Shown here in pieces: positions 19,347-29,993 of a stretch of DNA of 64,000 bases. A program made the translations under genes and the position numbers. Location of the stretch: IMG/VR virus record IMGVR_UViG_3300028179_000157; one strand, given 5' to 3'. Under the pieces are notes generated by a model, which ran no database searches, was not told the origin of the DNA, and worked only from the letters and a program-made list of their open reading frames with translations. The stretch comes from an uncultured virus (IMG/VR IMGVR_UViG_3300028179_000157) (Duplodnaviria > Heunggongvirae > Uroviricota > Caudoviricetes). The stretch's first letter is position 1. Every line of letters begins with the position of its first letter.

Positions 19347-22280
19347 TTAGTGCCAGCTCAGCGGGACAATGTCACGCGGCGAACCAGCACTGGTGGGGAT
19401 TGCCGAACCGATGGCAGTGGTCGAGGGACGGTAGTTACCCAGACGCGTCACCTTGACGATGTTCAACGAGGTGATGGACGTCGGACCCGTGACGATCGTG
19501 CCGATGAACATGTTGGCCGCCGACTCGGGGACTTCATCCAATTGGATCGAGTAGACCAACTGACCTGCGACCAGACGCACGTAGACGTAGAACGTCTTGT
19601 TGGCCGGATCGGCTACCAGATCATTGAGGAACACGGTGACAGGTTCGAGCACGTACTTGCGCCCTGCCAGAATCACATCCGTCGGTTCAGTGAAGGACAC
19701 ATTCCACTGCGCAGGCTTCAGCATGGACAGCAGCACAATGTTGTCAGGCGAACGCGTCGTCAGGTCGTACAGCTCCTTCTCCGTGTCGCCTTCGAAGGTG
19801 TAGACGATCTTGGAGAACGAGTCGTAGCCGGAGTTGCAACGAGCCACGCACATGCCGACACCTGGGAACCACTGACGCTTGGCCATGCCGTTGCTGACAT
19901 CGGAGATGCCGACAGAAACCTTCTCAAACTTGCGGGTTGCCTTGTTGAGCGCAAACCGCCACGTCGGATAGCCGGAGCTACCAGAACGCTGCACATGGCG
20001 ACCGCCGTGTCCAGTGAGGAACCAGTAGTTATCCGATTCGATATACGACATCGAACCAGCTCGCCGTTGCGTGGAGAGGTTCATGCTGAAGTTGGCGACG
20101 TTGTTGTCGAAGATGGTCTGGATGATCGAGGCGTCATCCCACGTCACTCCAGTCACCGTACCGTTCTTGGTGTTCGGCTCGGCCAAGATAAACACCACAC
20201 CGATGCGTGCACCAGGAGTCAGGTACATTGCCGACATTACCGCCGGGCCAGTCCTGGGGATCAGCCACTCGACAGTGAAGTCTGCTTCATTGCTCGTGAA
20301 GTCTGCGCTGAAGGCCGCTGTGATCTTAGCCTTCAGTGCTGCACGCAGCGTGTCGAAGTAGGCCGGGGTGATCGCCAGCGTGTGGGTGTACGTCAGGTCC
20401 GAAGCGATGCCGCGGTAGAGCAGTGTACGCTGACCGTGAATGAAACTGACCTGATCGGTGACCATGTAAGACTTGTCACTGATCTTGCACTCGTTCATGA
20501 TCATGTAGGTCAGTTCGGACAGCCCCACGCGAACCTCACCCAGCTCCTGTCGATATGCCCTCGGGATCGAACCGGGCAGCGTACCGAAGTCCAGCGACTG
20601 GTAGGTGAAGGTGGTCTCAAAGCCGACGTCGCCGTAGGCCATGTGTTCCTGCCAACGGCCGGCGGCTGAGTTGCCTTCGCAGTGCACCATCACCTTGCCG
20701 TTGCCAACAAAGATGGGAGCGCCAAAGCGACGACCGAACGCCCCACCGAACTGAGGAGCGAAGGAAACACTGGAGGAGTAGGTGACAGGCGTGTCCAGCC
20801 CCAGATCAAGAATCTGCGAGACCTTGGTAGAACCGGCGTACTTGCGACGAACCAACTGATGGCTGTAAGCGCCCCACCAGTTCATCTGGGACATCAGGTA
20901 GCTAGGCACACGCGTGCCGTTGGCCTGACGGTCGTAGACGAACAGATAGTCCGTGCCACGATCGCTTACACCGCTGCGACTACGGGCAGCCAGTTTGCCG
21001 GTGTAGGTGATATCAGGGCCATTGACGGTGACAGTCATCGGTGCAGTGGGTGGATTCACCGTACCGAGCTGTTCGATGGCCGAGGCCTTCTTGTTGACGA
21101 AGTCAACCTTGACGCCCCATACCCACACGTTCCACGTACCACGAGCAGCCTGACCGGGTGGGGTCCAGTTGAACTGCATCTGCTGTTCGAAGTTGGCGTG
21201 GTAGACACCATCCTCCATCGTCCCATGAATACCAGCGCGGGTATTGTGGGAACGAATCAACGTGATGCTCATCGAGGAACCGTCGGGCGTCTGCCAATGA
21301 ATGAACGGCAACGTGCTCAGGTTCGAGCTGGTGCCCTGTTGAGTCATCTGCAGGACTTCCTGACCAGTACGAGTGACACCGTAGAGATCGGTGACTTCCC
21401 AACCGGTCTCTGCACGGATCTCAGACACATTGCCAGCACGCACCTGACTTTCAGCAACCGAGTAGACCGTGATGGACATACCCGTGTTGTTGTTTCCGCG
21501 AGGAGTCAGGAAGTAGATGCGACCACCGTGGTAGACCATGTCCACACGGCTGCAATTGTAGGTGCCGCCTTCGTGCCACTCTGCCGGGATCTGAGCAAGC
21601 GGAACCAAGGAGCCGATGTGGGCAGCGTCATCCAGCGTACCGCCGGCCATTGCAAGGAAGACTGCAATCTCACCCGACGGCTTGGATGCCAGCCCGAAGA
21701 TGACATCACGGGTGGAGCGGAACAACATGATCGGTGCCCAGCCTGCCGAGGTCAGGAACGAAGGCATGTAGCGACGAGAGGTCGCACGAATGGCCAACGG
21801 GACAGCCTGGTTGAGCGGATCGAGCACGTAGGAGTAGTAGATGCCACGGGTGCCGCCATCCGTACCTGGACGCAGCATGACCAGCGTGCCATCGTCTTCG
21901 ATGTTCAGTGCGAGGTGGAGATTGTCCGTGGGCTGGATAGCGCCCTCGTAACTGCCGGACACACCAACAGGCAGGAAGTTCAACGAACCGTAGCGACTGA
22001 TGGGGAGCACGCCACTGGGGATGCGTCCACCCAACATGGTGTCCAGTTCCTCCTTGCTGTAGGTGTTCACCTGCTCGGGAGTTACCACATGGACGTTACT
22101 ACGGTTGGCGATATGGGAGGTGCTGATCTCCCGGACGTAAGCGATGACCTGAGCCCGCGTACGACCCATCCACTTCAAGGCGTTATCGCCCTTTACGACG
22201 CGATTGGCCTTCGCTCGGAACAACACGCCGAGTCGGTCAAAGAACTTGGTAATAGCCTGCTTGACGGGCGAAGTGTCCAT
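19347..22280 (-). CDS. Large tail fibre/baseplate protein (phiKZ gp145/146-like)
   Basis: Start MDTSPVK with AGGT RBS; LPISRYG...SGSYEGA motif and C-terminal domain shared with its neighbours. Confidence 0.75.
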   Translation of the reverse strand: MDTSPVKQAITKFFDRLGVLFRAKANRVVKGDNALKWMGRTRAQVIAYVREISTSHIANRSNVHVVTPEQVNTYSKEELDTMLGGRIPSGVLPISRYGSLNFLPVGVSGSYEGAIQPTDNLHLALNIEDDGTLVMLRPGTDGGTRGIYYSYVLDPLNQAVPLAIRATSRRYMPSFLTSAGWAPIMLFRSTRDVIFGLASKPSGEIAVFLAMAGGTLDDAAHIGSLVPLAQIPAEWHEGGTYNCSRVDMVYHGGRIYFLTPRGNNNTGMSITVYSVAESQVRAGNVSEIRAETGWEVTDLYGVTRTGQEVLQMTQQGTSSNLSTLPFIHWQTPDGSSMSITLIRSHNTRAGIHGTMEDGVYHANFEQQMQFNWTPPGQAARGTWNVWVWGVKVDFVNKKASAIEQLGTVNPPTAPMTVTVNGPDITYTGKLAARSRSGVSDRGTDYLFVYDRQANGTRVPSYLMSQMNWWGAYSHQLVRRKYAGSTKVSQILDLGLDTPVTYSSSVSFAPQFGGAFGRRFGAPIFVGNGKVMVHCEGNSAAGRWQEHMAYGDVGFETTFTYQSLDFGTLPGSIPRAYRQELGEVRVGLSELTYMIMNECKISDKSYMVTDQVSFIHGQRTLLYRGIASDLTYTHTLAITPAYFDTLRAALKAKITAAFSADFTSNEADFTVEWLIPRTGPAVMSAMYLTPGARIGVVFILAEPNTKNGTVTGVTWDDASIIQTIFDNNVANFSMNLSTQRRAGSMSYIESDNYWFLTGHGGRHVQRSGSSGYPTWRFALNKATRKFEKVSVGISDVSNGMAKRQWFPGVGMCVARCNSGYDSFSKIVYTFEGDTEKELYDLTTRSPDNIVLLSMLKPAQWNVSFTEPTDVILAGRKYVLEPVTVFLNDLVADPANKTFYVYVRLVAGQLVYSIQLDEVPESAANMFIGTIVTGPTSITSLNIVKVTRLGNYRPSTTAIGSAIPTSAGSPRDIVPLSWH

Positions 22281-22357
22281 GTTTTTACCTAGTTGCTGAA
22301 ATAGAAAGATAAGGGCTCTCTGCCCGATGCATAGCATCAGACAGAGAGCGAGACTTA

Positions 22358-23086
22358 TCAGCGTATCCAAAGGCTACTGAGTGCGGTCGGGTCCATGGGC
22401 ATGCCTTCAGTGCGAGGAATTGCACTGCCAGATGGAGTCTGGGATACGGTGAAGGTGTCCAGGCGCTGTCTCGCCGTCCCGAAGGAAGCGGTGATATTGC
22501 CGGAGTTGTCCGCCCGTACGGTAGCCATGTACATTCGGTTGAGTGATTCGCCGAGCTTTTCCGGGGTACAGACGTAGACGGGCGATCCTTCGCTCATCGA
22601 AACGTAGACGTTGACGTCCTTGCCTGCGTAGTCTGCCAGTGATCCGAAGATCTGACTCAGACGCAGGGTCGTCGCTCCGATGGAGAAGAAACGACCCAAC
22701 ATCAGAACCGACTGTGACCGGATGGTGAACTGATCCCCAGAGTAAGGCCAGATCAACAACGTGGATGTTGCTGTCCCCAATCCCACTGCTGAGATAGGAA
22801 GAATGCCAGATGGGATCAACCCAGCCAGCAACGCATCAACCTCACCGATGCTGTAAGCTCCAATTGCCGCTGCCGTGTCACCGTGAGGATTGCTCCTGTT
22901 GGTAATGTGAGCATTCTGCGTGGCATCACTGTCCGTAGTGAGCTTTGCGAGAGTGGAGCCTTCCAGCGTGTCTGCGTTATCCGACGCAAAGGCGGCGGCC
23001 CTCTTGGCCGCCGCCAGCTTGTTGATAGCCGTTGGAATACGATCAATGGCGTCCTGCAGGTCTTGCAAGTCCTGTTCTCTACTCAT
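22358..23086 (-). CDS. Short paralog of the two large fibre proteins
   Basis: NPH motif, PSGILPIS and the C-terminal GSAIP..G.P domain, without the central region. Confidence 0.7.
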   Translation of the reverse strand: MSREQDLQDLQDAIDRIPTAINKLAAAKRAAAFASDNADTLEGSTLAKLTTDSDATQNAHITNRSNPHGDTAAAIGAYSIGEVDALLAGLIPSGILPISAVGLGTATSTLLIWPYSGDQFTIRSQSVLMLGRFFSIGATTLRLSQIFGSLADYAGKDVNVYVSMSEGSPVYVCTPEKLGESLNRMYMATVRADNSGNITASFGTARQRLDTFTVSQTPSGSAIPRTEGMPMDPTALSSLWIR

Positions 23087-23103
23087 CGTCGTATCCCCTT
23101 GGA

Positions 23104-26100
23104 TCAGCCCAGACCGGTTGCAGCGGTATCGAACGATTCGGTCAAGCTTGCGATCAGCAGGTCCATGTCGGCACTTGCAGAACCGAAGATCTTGACTTCC
23201 TCGAACGCGCCATCACCCAGGCCCGCAAACAGGCGACCGGTGATCTGGTTGTTGTACATGCGACCGGGCTTGATCAGCTCGTCTGCCGTCTGGTCCGAAG
23301 ATGCCCAGCCCGAACCCGTCCACTGCTGCACGGCACCAGTACGGCCATCGATGATGGTCGGACGCGAACCGGGGAGCGAGTCGTACAGGAAACGAGTGGG
23401 GTTGTTCAGACCCAGATAACCGATGCTGACCGGACCATCGAACACTGCCAGCTCCGGCAGGTCATCCAGCGAGAACGACAGCTGTGCAGCGGCCACGTAG
23501 TTCTTCAGGCGCGCATCGGTCGGCAGGATGGTAGCTGCGCCGGTCGAGTCGAGGATGAAGTCCGTGGTGCGTACGGTGAAGACCTTGCCAACGCGGGTGA
23601 CACGGATACGGCAGCCACCCAACTGGTAAGCCCACCCGGTGTTGCCGGTGATCTCGCCAGCGTTGACGCGACGGGTGTCGTTCTGCACGCCATCGCCCCA
23701 CTTCAGCTTGTTGGTCGACTTGATCAACTTGCTGTCGCGCTGACCCAGGCAGTACTGAATACCCATCAGGGCCATCGGAGCGGTGGTGTTGCCAGCCGGA
23801 ACGTGCTGCGTGGTCAGACCAGCAGCGAAGCCCAGCGAGCCACCCGGCGTACGGGTAACCGTGATGGTACGGACCACGCCACCGTCATCGAACGCACCGA
23901 TCACCAGACCCACCAAGCCCTTGGTTGCCGAACGGCTGTCAACCAGCACTTCGAAATCGAAATCTTCGAAGGTCTCATTGGACAGCAGGCCGACTACGCG
24001 GGGACTGGTGCGGGAGTTCTCGGTACGACCGGTTGCGGTGTTGTAGGACCATGCAGCCTTGTCAGCCGCATCACCATCGGGCTCACCTTCGCTGTTGATG
24101 GACACGCGCCGGTAGGTGTTCACCAGCTCGGTCGGATCGTCAGCATCGGTCTGCATCGAGGCCAGTTCGGAATCGTTCAGCACGATACCCAGACGACTCA
24201 CCACACGGCTCAGCGAAGCGCCGGGGTTGCCGTTGTCTTCATCCGTGAAGAGCACCTGACCACGCTTGCCGGAGTAGAGAGCCACGTCCAGCTTCTTGCC
24301 CATGGCTGCATCGACTTCAGCGTAGGTGTAAGCACCCACCTGCCCGGCCGAGACTTCGTGCGGATTGTCCTTGCGGTTGGCATGACCATCCACGCCGCCG
24401 GAGATCAGCGGCATGACGTACTGCTTGACGCGCAGCGGGGTCATGTACTTGACGTTGGAGGCACCGTCGATCGCTTCCTGTTCGGTTGCGATACCGTAGT
24501 TCAGAACGGCGCTGAGGCCAACCTGAGCCTTGGTTACCTGATGCGGATTGTCCAGGTTGCTCAAGTGCGGACCGACCACATCGCTGTCGTAGGCAAACAG
24601 CGCCGTACGGAAGCCGAGCGGGGTGACGTACTTGTTGTTGACCGAGGTGACTTCCAGTCGACCAGCAGCCTGCATTTCCGCGGTGGTGGCGATGCCGTAG
24701 TTCTGCACCGAACCCAGGCCGACCTGAGCAGCCGACACCTTGTGCGGGTTGTCGGTACGTGCCGCGAAGACGTCGAACACCGTCGCCTTGAAATCACCGA
24801 CGACGCTCTTGACCAACAGGGGCGTCATGTAGCGCGTGTTCAACGTGCCATCGAGCGCTTCCTGCGTGTTGGCGATCGCATAGTTCTGGACAGAGCCCAG
24901 ACCCACTTGTGCCTTGGTCACTTCATGCGGGTTGTCCTTGCGACCGCTGTGCGCCGAGACCACGTCGGTCATCTGCGCGGCAATGGCCTGCTTGGTCCGC
25001 TGCGGCGTCATGTAGGCGGTGTTGATGTCGCCCGACTCAGCCTGCTGTTGCGTTGCGATCGGGTAATCCTGGACCGACCCCAGACCCACCTGTGCCTTAC
25101 TGACACGATGCGGGTTGTCGTAGTTGGTCACGTGACCGCCGGTCAGTTCGCCGCTGATCTGGTTGACCATGTAGCGAACCAACAGAGGCGTCATGTAACG
25201 GTCATCACGCTGACCATCCAGAGCTTCCTGCTCGGTAGCGATCGGATAGTTCTGCACCAAGTTCAGGCCAACCTGCGCCTTGGTCACTTTGTGCGGATTG
25301 CCGAAGTCGTTGGCATGCGTGGTGAACAGATCACCCACCTGCTTCTTGATGGCCTGCTGCGTACGCTGCGGGGTCATGTAGCGGGTAGCCGACGTGCCAT
25401 CCTCAGCCTCGCCTACCGTGGCGATGGCATAGTTGAGGACGTTGCCCAAGCCAACCTGCGCCTTGGTAACACCGTGCGGGTTCTGCTTGTCCTGGAGGTG
25501 CGCTTCCAAGCGCTGATCCAGAATGGCGTTGACGCGCAGCGTGACGCCTGCGGGAGTCATGTAGCGCTGATTGCTACCGCCGTTGCTGGCTTCGGTGTCA
25601 GTTGCGATCGGGTAGTCCAGCACGTTGCCGAGGCCGACCTGGCCCTTGGTAACCTTGTGCGGGTTGTCTTCATCGTTGGCATGTTCGTCGAACAGAGTCC
25701 GCATGGTCGTGATGCGACCGTCCAGCTGCGAGATCTTGTTGTTGACGTGCGCGATGATGGCGTCTTCCACAGCACCGGAACCGGTCAGGATCGCAGTGAC
25801 CATGTTCTCCAGAACGGGGATCAGGTACTCGAAACCGTAGAGGTCGCCGATATCGTGGAAGTGGTCCGAAGGCGCGAAGGTATCGGGCAAGCCGATGATC
25901 TCGCCCCAATGCACCGGACGGTTGTCGATGTTCAGGTTCTTGATGGCGTCTTCCAGCGCACCAGCCGAAACACTGAACTCACCGCCCACGACCTGATAGA
26001 AGATCTCAATGTCGGAGGGGACGAGGGTGTCGGTGATGACGATGGCGCAGCAGACTTCCAAACCCGTAGCGAACGATGCATCCTGGTAGAACTCGGTGCA

Positions 26101-26310
26101 CACGTACTGCGTTTTCGGATCCAGCACCTTGCCGGTGGATTTGACGCGGACCTTCAGCCCTTCCGTGTAGAAGGCGCCGTATTTCGGAACGATAACACGA
26201 TTCTTCCGGCTCGCCGTCGTCGCACCAATTGCGTGCGGCTCCGCCTGAACCAGATTGTTCGTGCTCCGCCCGGTCAGGTCCAGGGGATAACGAATGATAA
26301 GCGAGGGCAT
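23104..26310 (-). CDS. Long tail fibre protein with eight NPH repeats
   Basis: H..xNPHxVTKAQVGLG.V.NY.IAT..EA..G...RYMTP repeats; beta-rich C-terminal domain. Confidence 0.85.
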   Translation of the reverse strand: MPSLIIRYPLDLTGRSTNNLVQAEPHAIGATTASRKNRVIVPKYGAFYTEGLKVRVKSTGKVLDPKTQYVCTEFYQDASFATGLEVCCAIVITDTLVPSDIEIFYQVVGGEFSVSAGALEDAIKNLNIDNRPVHWGEIIGLPDTFAPSDHFHDIGDLYGFEYLIPVLENMVTAILTGSGAVEDAIIAHVNNKISQLDGRITTMRTLFDEHANDEDNPHKVTKGQVGLGNVLDYPIATDTEASNGGSNQRYMTPAGVTLRVNAILDQRLEAHLQDKQNPHGVTKAQVGLGNVLNYAIATVGEAEDGTSATRYMTPQRTQQAIKKQVGDLFTTHANDFGNPHKVTKAQVGLNLVQNYPIATEQEALDGQRDDRYMTPLLVRYMVNQISGELTGGHVTNYDNPHRVSKAQVGLGSVQDYPIATQQQAESGDINTAYMTPQRTKQAIAAQMTDVVSAHSGRKDNPHEVTKAQVGLGSVQNYAIANTQEALDGTLNTRYMTPLLVKSVVGDFKATVFDVFAARTDNPHKVSAAQVGLGSVQNYGIATTAEMQAAGRLEVTSVNNKYVTPLGFRTALFAYDSDVVGPHLSNLDNPHQVTKAQVGLSAVLNYGIATEQEAIDGASNVKYMTPLRVKQYVMPLISGGVDGHANRKDNPHEVSAGQVGAYTYAEVDAAMGKKLDVALYSGKRGQVLFTDEDNGNPGASLSRVVSRLGIVLNDSELASMQTDADDPTELVNTYRRVSINSEGEPDGDAADKAAWSYNTATGRTENSRTSPRVVGLLSNETFEDFDFEVLVDSRSATKGLVGLVIGAFDDGGVVRTITVTRTPGGSLGFAAGLTTQHVPAGNTTAPMALMGIQYCLGQRDSKLIKSTNKLKWGDGVQNDTRRVNAGEITGNTGWAYQLGGCRIRVTRVGKVFTVRTTDFILDSTGAATILPTDARLKNYVAAAQLSFSLDDLPELAVFDGPVSIGYLGLNNPTRFLYDSLPGSRPTIIDGRTGAVQQWTGSGWASSDQTADELIKPGRMYNNQITGRLFAGLGDGAFEEVKIFGSASADMDLLIASLTESFDTAATGLG
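24340..25690 (-). repeat. Coding tandem repeat, 183-nt unit x8
   Basis: NPH His codons at 25657, 25474, 25291, 25108, 24925, 24742, 24541, 24358. Confidence 0.9.
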
Positions 26311-26329
26311 GATGACTCCGTGAAAGCTT

Positions 26330-26350
26330 GGCGGGAGGGTTACTCCCGCC
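26330..26350 (-). terminator. Intergenic hairpin between the fibre genes
   Basis: GGCGGGAG-GGTTA-CTCCCGCC. Confidence 0.5.
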
Positions 26351-26367
26351 TAACCGGATGAAAGAAC

Positions 26368-28635
26368 TTATGCGGCCGTACCGATGGCGACGTAGCTGTA
26401 GCCCTGAACGCCGATACCGTCCCAGCGGAAGCGGAAGGCACTGGTGTTGACACCGTCCACCGTCTGCAGGGAGCGAGAGGGCGAGCCGTTGGTCACGTCG
26501 TGAGCCTGTGCGACAACTGCCGGACGGTTCGAGAAGCCACGCATGAACGGGATCACCGAGTTGTTCGCCTGGGTGTTCATCCAGCCGAAGCAGACAAGGA
26601 TCGGACCGATTCGTGCGTAACCACGCTGACCTGAGCCGTAGTTTTCGTACTGACCAGAACCATCGCCGATGCCCAGCGAGTTCAGGTAAGCCTTGATCGC
26701 ATCTGCCGGAACATAGCGACCACCCGTACCGTTGGCGATATCCCACTGGGATGCCGCCGGCCAGTCGTTGATGTTGCCCAACCCAACGTGCCACTTGTTC
26801 GTGCCATGCGGGTTGTTGCCATTGCCGACGTGCGCTGCGATGTTCGGGTCAGGCTGCGCGGTGGTGTGGACACGCCCCATGTAGGTCGCATCGACCGTTG
26901 CACGGATTTCACCACCAGCCCATTCCAGATAGATCTGGTTGCCACCGTTGTTGCGGACCTGCCGGTAGTCATCCACCGAACCAAGACCGATCTGGCCCTT
27001 GGTTACGCCGTGCGGGTTATCCCGACGGTTGGAGTGCTGGTCCGAGTAAGCCTTGGCGCGATTCTCTGCGGCCACAGCAACGGAGTCGGTCTGGGCGATG
27101 GTGTAAGCACCCACCTGCGCTGCAGTTACCTGATGCGGGTTGTCACGACGTGCGACGAACGGATCGAAGACCGTGGTCTTGAAGTTGTCGATCGCTTCCT
27201 TGGTACGCTGCGGCGTCATGTACTTGACGTTGGACGCACCAGCAACCGCTTCCTGTGTCGTGGCAAGGCCGTAGTTCTCGACCGAGCCCAAACCCACCTG
27301 CGCCTTGGTGACAGCATGCGGATTGGTCTTGTCGTCGATGTGCTTCTGCAGCAGCTTACCAGCCTGCTCCTGGATCGCCTGCGACGTCCGCAAGGGCGTC
27401 ATGTAGCGGGTGTTGAGGATGCCGTCACGGGCTTCCTGTTCGGACGGGACGGCGTAGTTCTCCACCAGTGCCAGACCAATCTGAGCACGCGTGACGCGAT
27501 GCGGGTTGGTGTAGTCGGTGATGTGCTCGTCCAGCATCGTACCCGCTACTGCCTGCACCAGCGCCTTACCCGACGCAGGCGTCAGGTAGCGGTTGGTCAG
27601 CGCAGCGGCAGCTGCTTCCGCATTGGTAGCCGGCGGGTAGTTCTGCACCTGACCCAAGCCAACCTGTTCCTTGGTAACCTTGTGGGGGTTCTCCAAGTCG
27701 GTGACGTGGTTGAGCAGATCCTGCCCGACGCTCTGGGAGATGGTGTGCTTCAAACCTGCCGGAGTCACATACAGGTTGAAAGCCGTACCAAGCAGCGTGG
27801 CGGCGTTGTCGGCGGTGCCGTAGTTCTGTACCAGGCCCAATCCGATCTGCGTCTTGGTGACCGCATGGGGATTGTCGCGACGGGCAACGAATGCATCGAA
27901 GTCCGTGCGAATCTGGAAGTTGATGGCCTGCTTGACGCGCAGAGGCGTCATGTAGCGATCTTCGGCCGTACCCTGTTCTGCCTGCGGGCGGGTCGAGATG
28001 CCATAGTTCTCCACCAGGCCAAGGCCGACTTGTGCCTTGGTGACCTGGTGCGGATTGTTGCGGTTGCCCAGATGCTGGGAGAACTCATCGCTCTGTCGGG
28101 CATAGATCGCATCAACGACCTTCTCCAACACTTCGACGGTTTCCTTCATCCCGATCAGATCGTCCATGTACCACTCATGGTCGGTCGGGGGGAAGCGCGT
28201 CGGGCGATCATCCACCTCTTCCCAGGTGGTGATGCGCGGATTGCCGAGCGCATTGGCGACGATTTCAATCGCCTTCTGCGGATCGATAACCCAGTCGCCG
28301 CCGACGGTCTGGTATTCGGCCAGCTCGACCACACCCGCCAACTGCTTGTTGAGGATGGTGATGGAGCCGTAGACCGGCTTGGCAGTGGAGCGGGAGGCAC
28401 CGATGAAGAAGTGCGTCGCCAGCCAGTCCACGCCGTGAATCATTTCCCGGCGCGCACCATTCGCCTCACGGAAGAACACCTTCATGGTGTCCTTGAAGTA
28501 CGGTGCTGCCTTCGGGATGAGGAAGTAGTAATCCGAGCTATTCGGAGGGGAGATGACCTGGAACTCGTTGGTCACCTTATTCTCGGGCTTCGTCCCCGTC
28601 GGGTCGAAATCCCATTTGACCTTGTTATCCGGCAT
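26368..28635 (-). CDS. Tail fibre protein with eight NPH repeats and a gp53-like/lectin-like C-terminal tip
   Basis: Same repeat as the adjacent gene; C-terminus GYARIG..LVCFGW...F..GF...P.V...F......YVAIG typical of fibre tip domains. Confidence 0.85.
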   Translation of the reverse strand: MPDNKVKWDFDPTGTKPENKVTNEFQVISPPNSSDYYFLIPKAAPYFKDTMKVFFREANGARREMIHGVDWLATHFFIGASRSTAKPVYGSITILNKQLAGVVELAEYQTVGGDWVIDPQKAIEIVANALGNPRITTWEEVDDRPTRFPPTDHEWYMDDLIGMKETVEVLEKVVDAIYARQSDEFSQHLGNRNNPHQVTKAQVGLGLVENYGISTRPQAEQGTAEDRYMTPLRVKQAINFQIRTDFDAFVARRDNPHAVTKTQIGLGLVQNYGTADNAATLLGTAFNLYVTPAGLKHTISQSVGQDLLNHVTDLENPHKVTKEQVGLGQVQNYPPATNAEAAAAALTNRYLTPASGKALVQAVAGTMLDEHITDYTNPHRVTRAQIGLALVENYAVPSEQEARDGILNTRYMTPLRTSQAIQEQAGKLLQKHIDDKTNPHAVTKAQVGLGSVENYGLATTQEAVAGASNVKYMTPQRTKEAIDNFKTTVFDPFVARRDNPHQVTAAQVGAYTIAQTDSVAVAAENRAKAYSDQHSNRRDNPHGVTKGQIGLGSVDDYRQVRNNGGNQIYLEWAGGEIRATVDATYMGRVHTTAQPDPNIAAHVGNGNNPHGTNKWHVGLGNINDWPAASQWDIANGTGGRYVPADAIKAYLNSLGIGDGSGQYENYGSGQRGYARIGPILVCFGWMNTQANNSVIPFMRGFSNRPAVVAQAHDVTNGSPSRSLQTVDGVNTSAFRFRWDGIGVQGYSYVAIGTAA
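26780..28080 (-). repeat. Coding tandem repeat, 183-nt unit
   Basis: NPH His codons at 28048, 27865, 27682, 27499, 27316, 27133, then 27010 and 26806. Confidence 0.9.
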
Positions 28636-28751
28636 GGTGGACTCCAGCTATGCGTTGACGCTACCTAGGTTGTTAAAAATTACATGCACCATACCATAAC
28701 GGGACGGTCAAGCCTCTGAGGTATCGTATAGATTAGGCGAAGGAGCCAGTG

Positions 28752-29993
28752 ATGCCCTACACGTACAAAGCCGCCCGCGTGCGTGGGCGTTTGAGCAGCT
28801 CGGTCTGGGAAGATATCGACGCCAGCAACATGGCAATCGATGATCTGCTCACTGACTACTCCAAGGTCTACCTGACCCTGCGGCACCAGTTGATCGATCA
28901 CGATCTGTTCTTGCTGCTCTCCGACGCGCAGGAGATGATCCCCAACAAGATCCCCTCCTACAAGGTCAACGAGTGGCTGGCAATGATCGGCGATCGCACG
29001 TTGCCGACCAAAGACAAGATGCCTGATCCCTACTACGGTAAGCTGCGTTACAACGACGCCTTCCGTGCAGGCTACGGTATCCAGCCCACCGTCGCCACGA
29101 TGCATCACGACTCGGACCTGCCCACCAGCGCCAAGCCTGACCTGATGCTCACCAAGTCCGGCGTGGACTACATGGAGATGCACAAGTACTGCTTGGCTTC
29201 TGTCAACGGTATGTTCCATCCCACTGCCGCTGGTCCGGATGGCTTCTACATCCTCGATGGCGCACGTCAGGGTCGCATTGCCAACGAGTCGATCGTGGGT
29301 CTGTACAACTTCAAGCAGCTCGGCGAGATCGAGATCATTCCGATCACTGCAGACATGCTGTACAAGACTCACCCGCGTCAGGAATACAAGACCTCGGTCA
29401 ACCTGCAAATCCCCAAGTCAACTTCGGGCAAGGCGGCGCTGCTGGTAATCGGCGGCTACCTGCACGTGCTGGACAACAGTTACAAGCAAGTGGGCGATGG
29501 TCTGATCAAGATCGACTTCGCCAACCTGCCGTGGCTGGAGCGTTACTACGAGTCGCGCAAGCTGCTGGATCTGAGCATGCTCAACTTCAGCGAGTCCACG
29601 GTCAATGTCAATCAGCTCACGCTGGAAGACCTGTACAGCGAAGAGAACATCATCGCGTACCTGACCATGGCCAACTCGTTCGTAGTGCTGGTGGATACCG
29701 AGCAGCTCTACATCGATCGCCACTTCGTTGAGAAGACCGGACTGAACGGGCGCTACATCTCCCACATCAATCCGGACATGCCGCTCTTCGGTGGCATCGG
29801 TCGTGTGTTTGAATACTGGCCGGTTGAAGAAGATGGTGACTACGTTCTCCAGACGTTGGACAACACGGTGGACATGTTCACCGCTCGTACGACCAACTGG
29901 AAGACGCAGACCTCCATCGACGACACGCGCTATCCGAAGAACCCGTTCTTCTTCTCCAAGGCCTTCTTCCTCGAAGTCGGTCGTATCGACTAA
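28752..29993 (+). CDS. Putative virion structural protein
   Basis: ~413-aa codon-biased ORF with AAGGAG RBS in the tail cluster. Confidence 0.65.
   Translation: MPYTYKAARVRGRLSSSVWEDIDASNMAIDDLLTDYSKVYLTLRHQLIDHDLFLLLSDAQEMIPNKIPSYKVNEWLAMIGDRTLPTKDKMPDPYYGKLRYNDAFRAGYGIQPTVATMHHDSDLPTSAKPDLMLTKSGVDYMEMHKYCLASVNGMFHPTAAGPDGFYILDGARQGRIANESIVGLYNFKQLGEIEIIPITADMLYKTHPRQEYKTSVNLQIPKSTSGKAALLVIGGYLHVLDNSYKQVGDGLIKIDFANLPWLERYYESRKLLDLSMLNFSESTVNVNQLTLEDLYSEENIIAYLTMANSFVVLVDTEQLYIDRHFVEKTGLNGRYISHINPDMPLFGGIGRVFEYWPVEEDGDYVLQTLDNTVDMFTARTTNWKTQTSIDDTRYPKNPFFFSKAFFLEVGRID

Noticed and set aside
22281..22370. Signal-peptide-like N-terminus on the 1007-aa ORF
   Set aside because: It lies in AT-rich intergenic DNA overlapping the upstream gene's stop; RBS and paralog alignment favour ATG at 22280
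24340..28080. CRISPR-like regularly spaced repeats
   Set aside because: In-frame, degenerate 183-nt protein-coding repeats, not identical direct repeats with spacers
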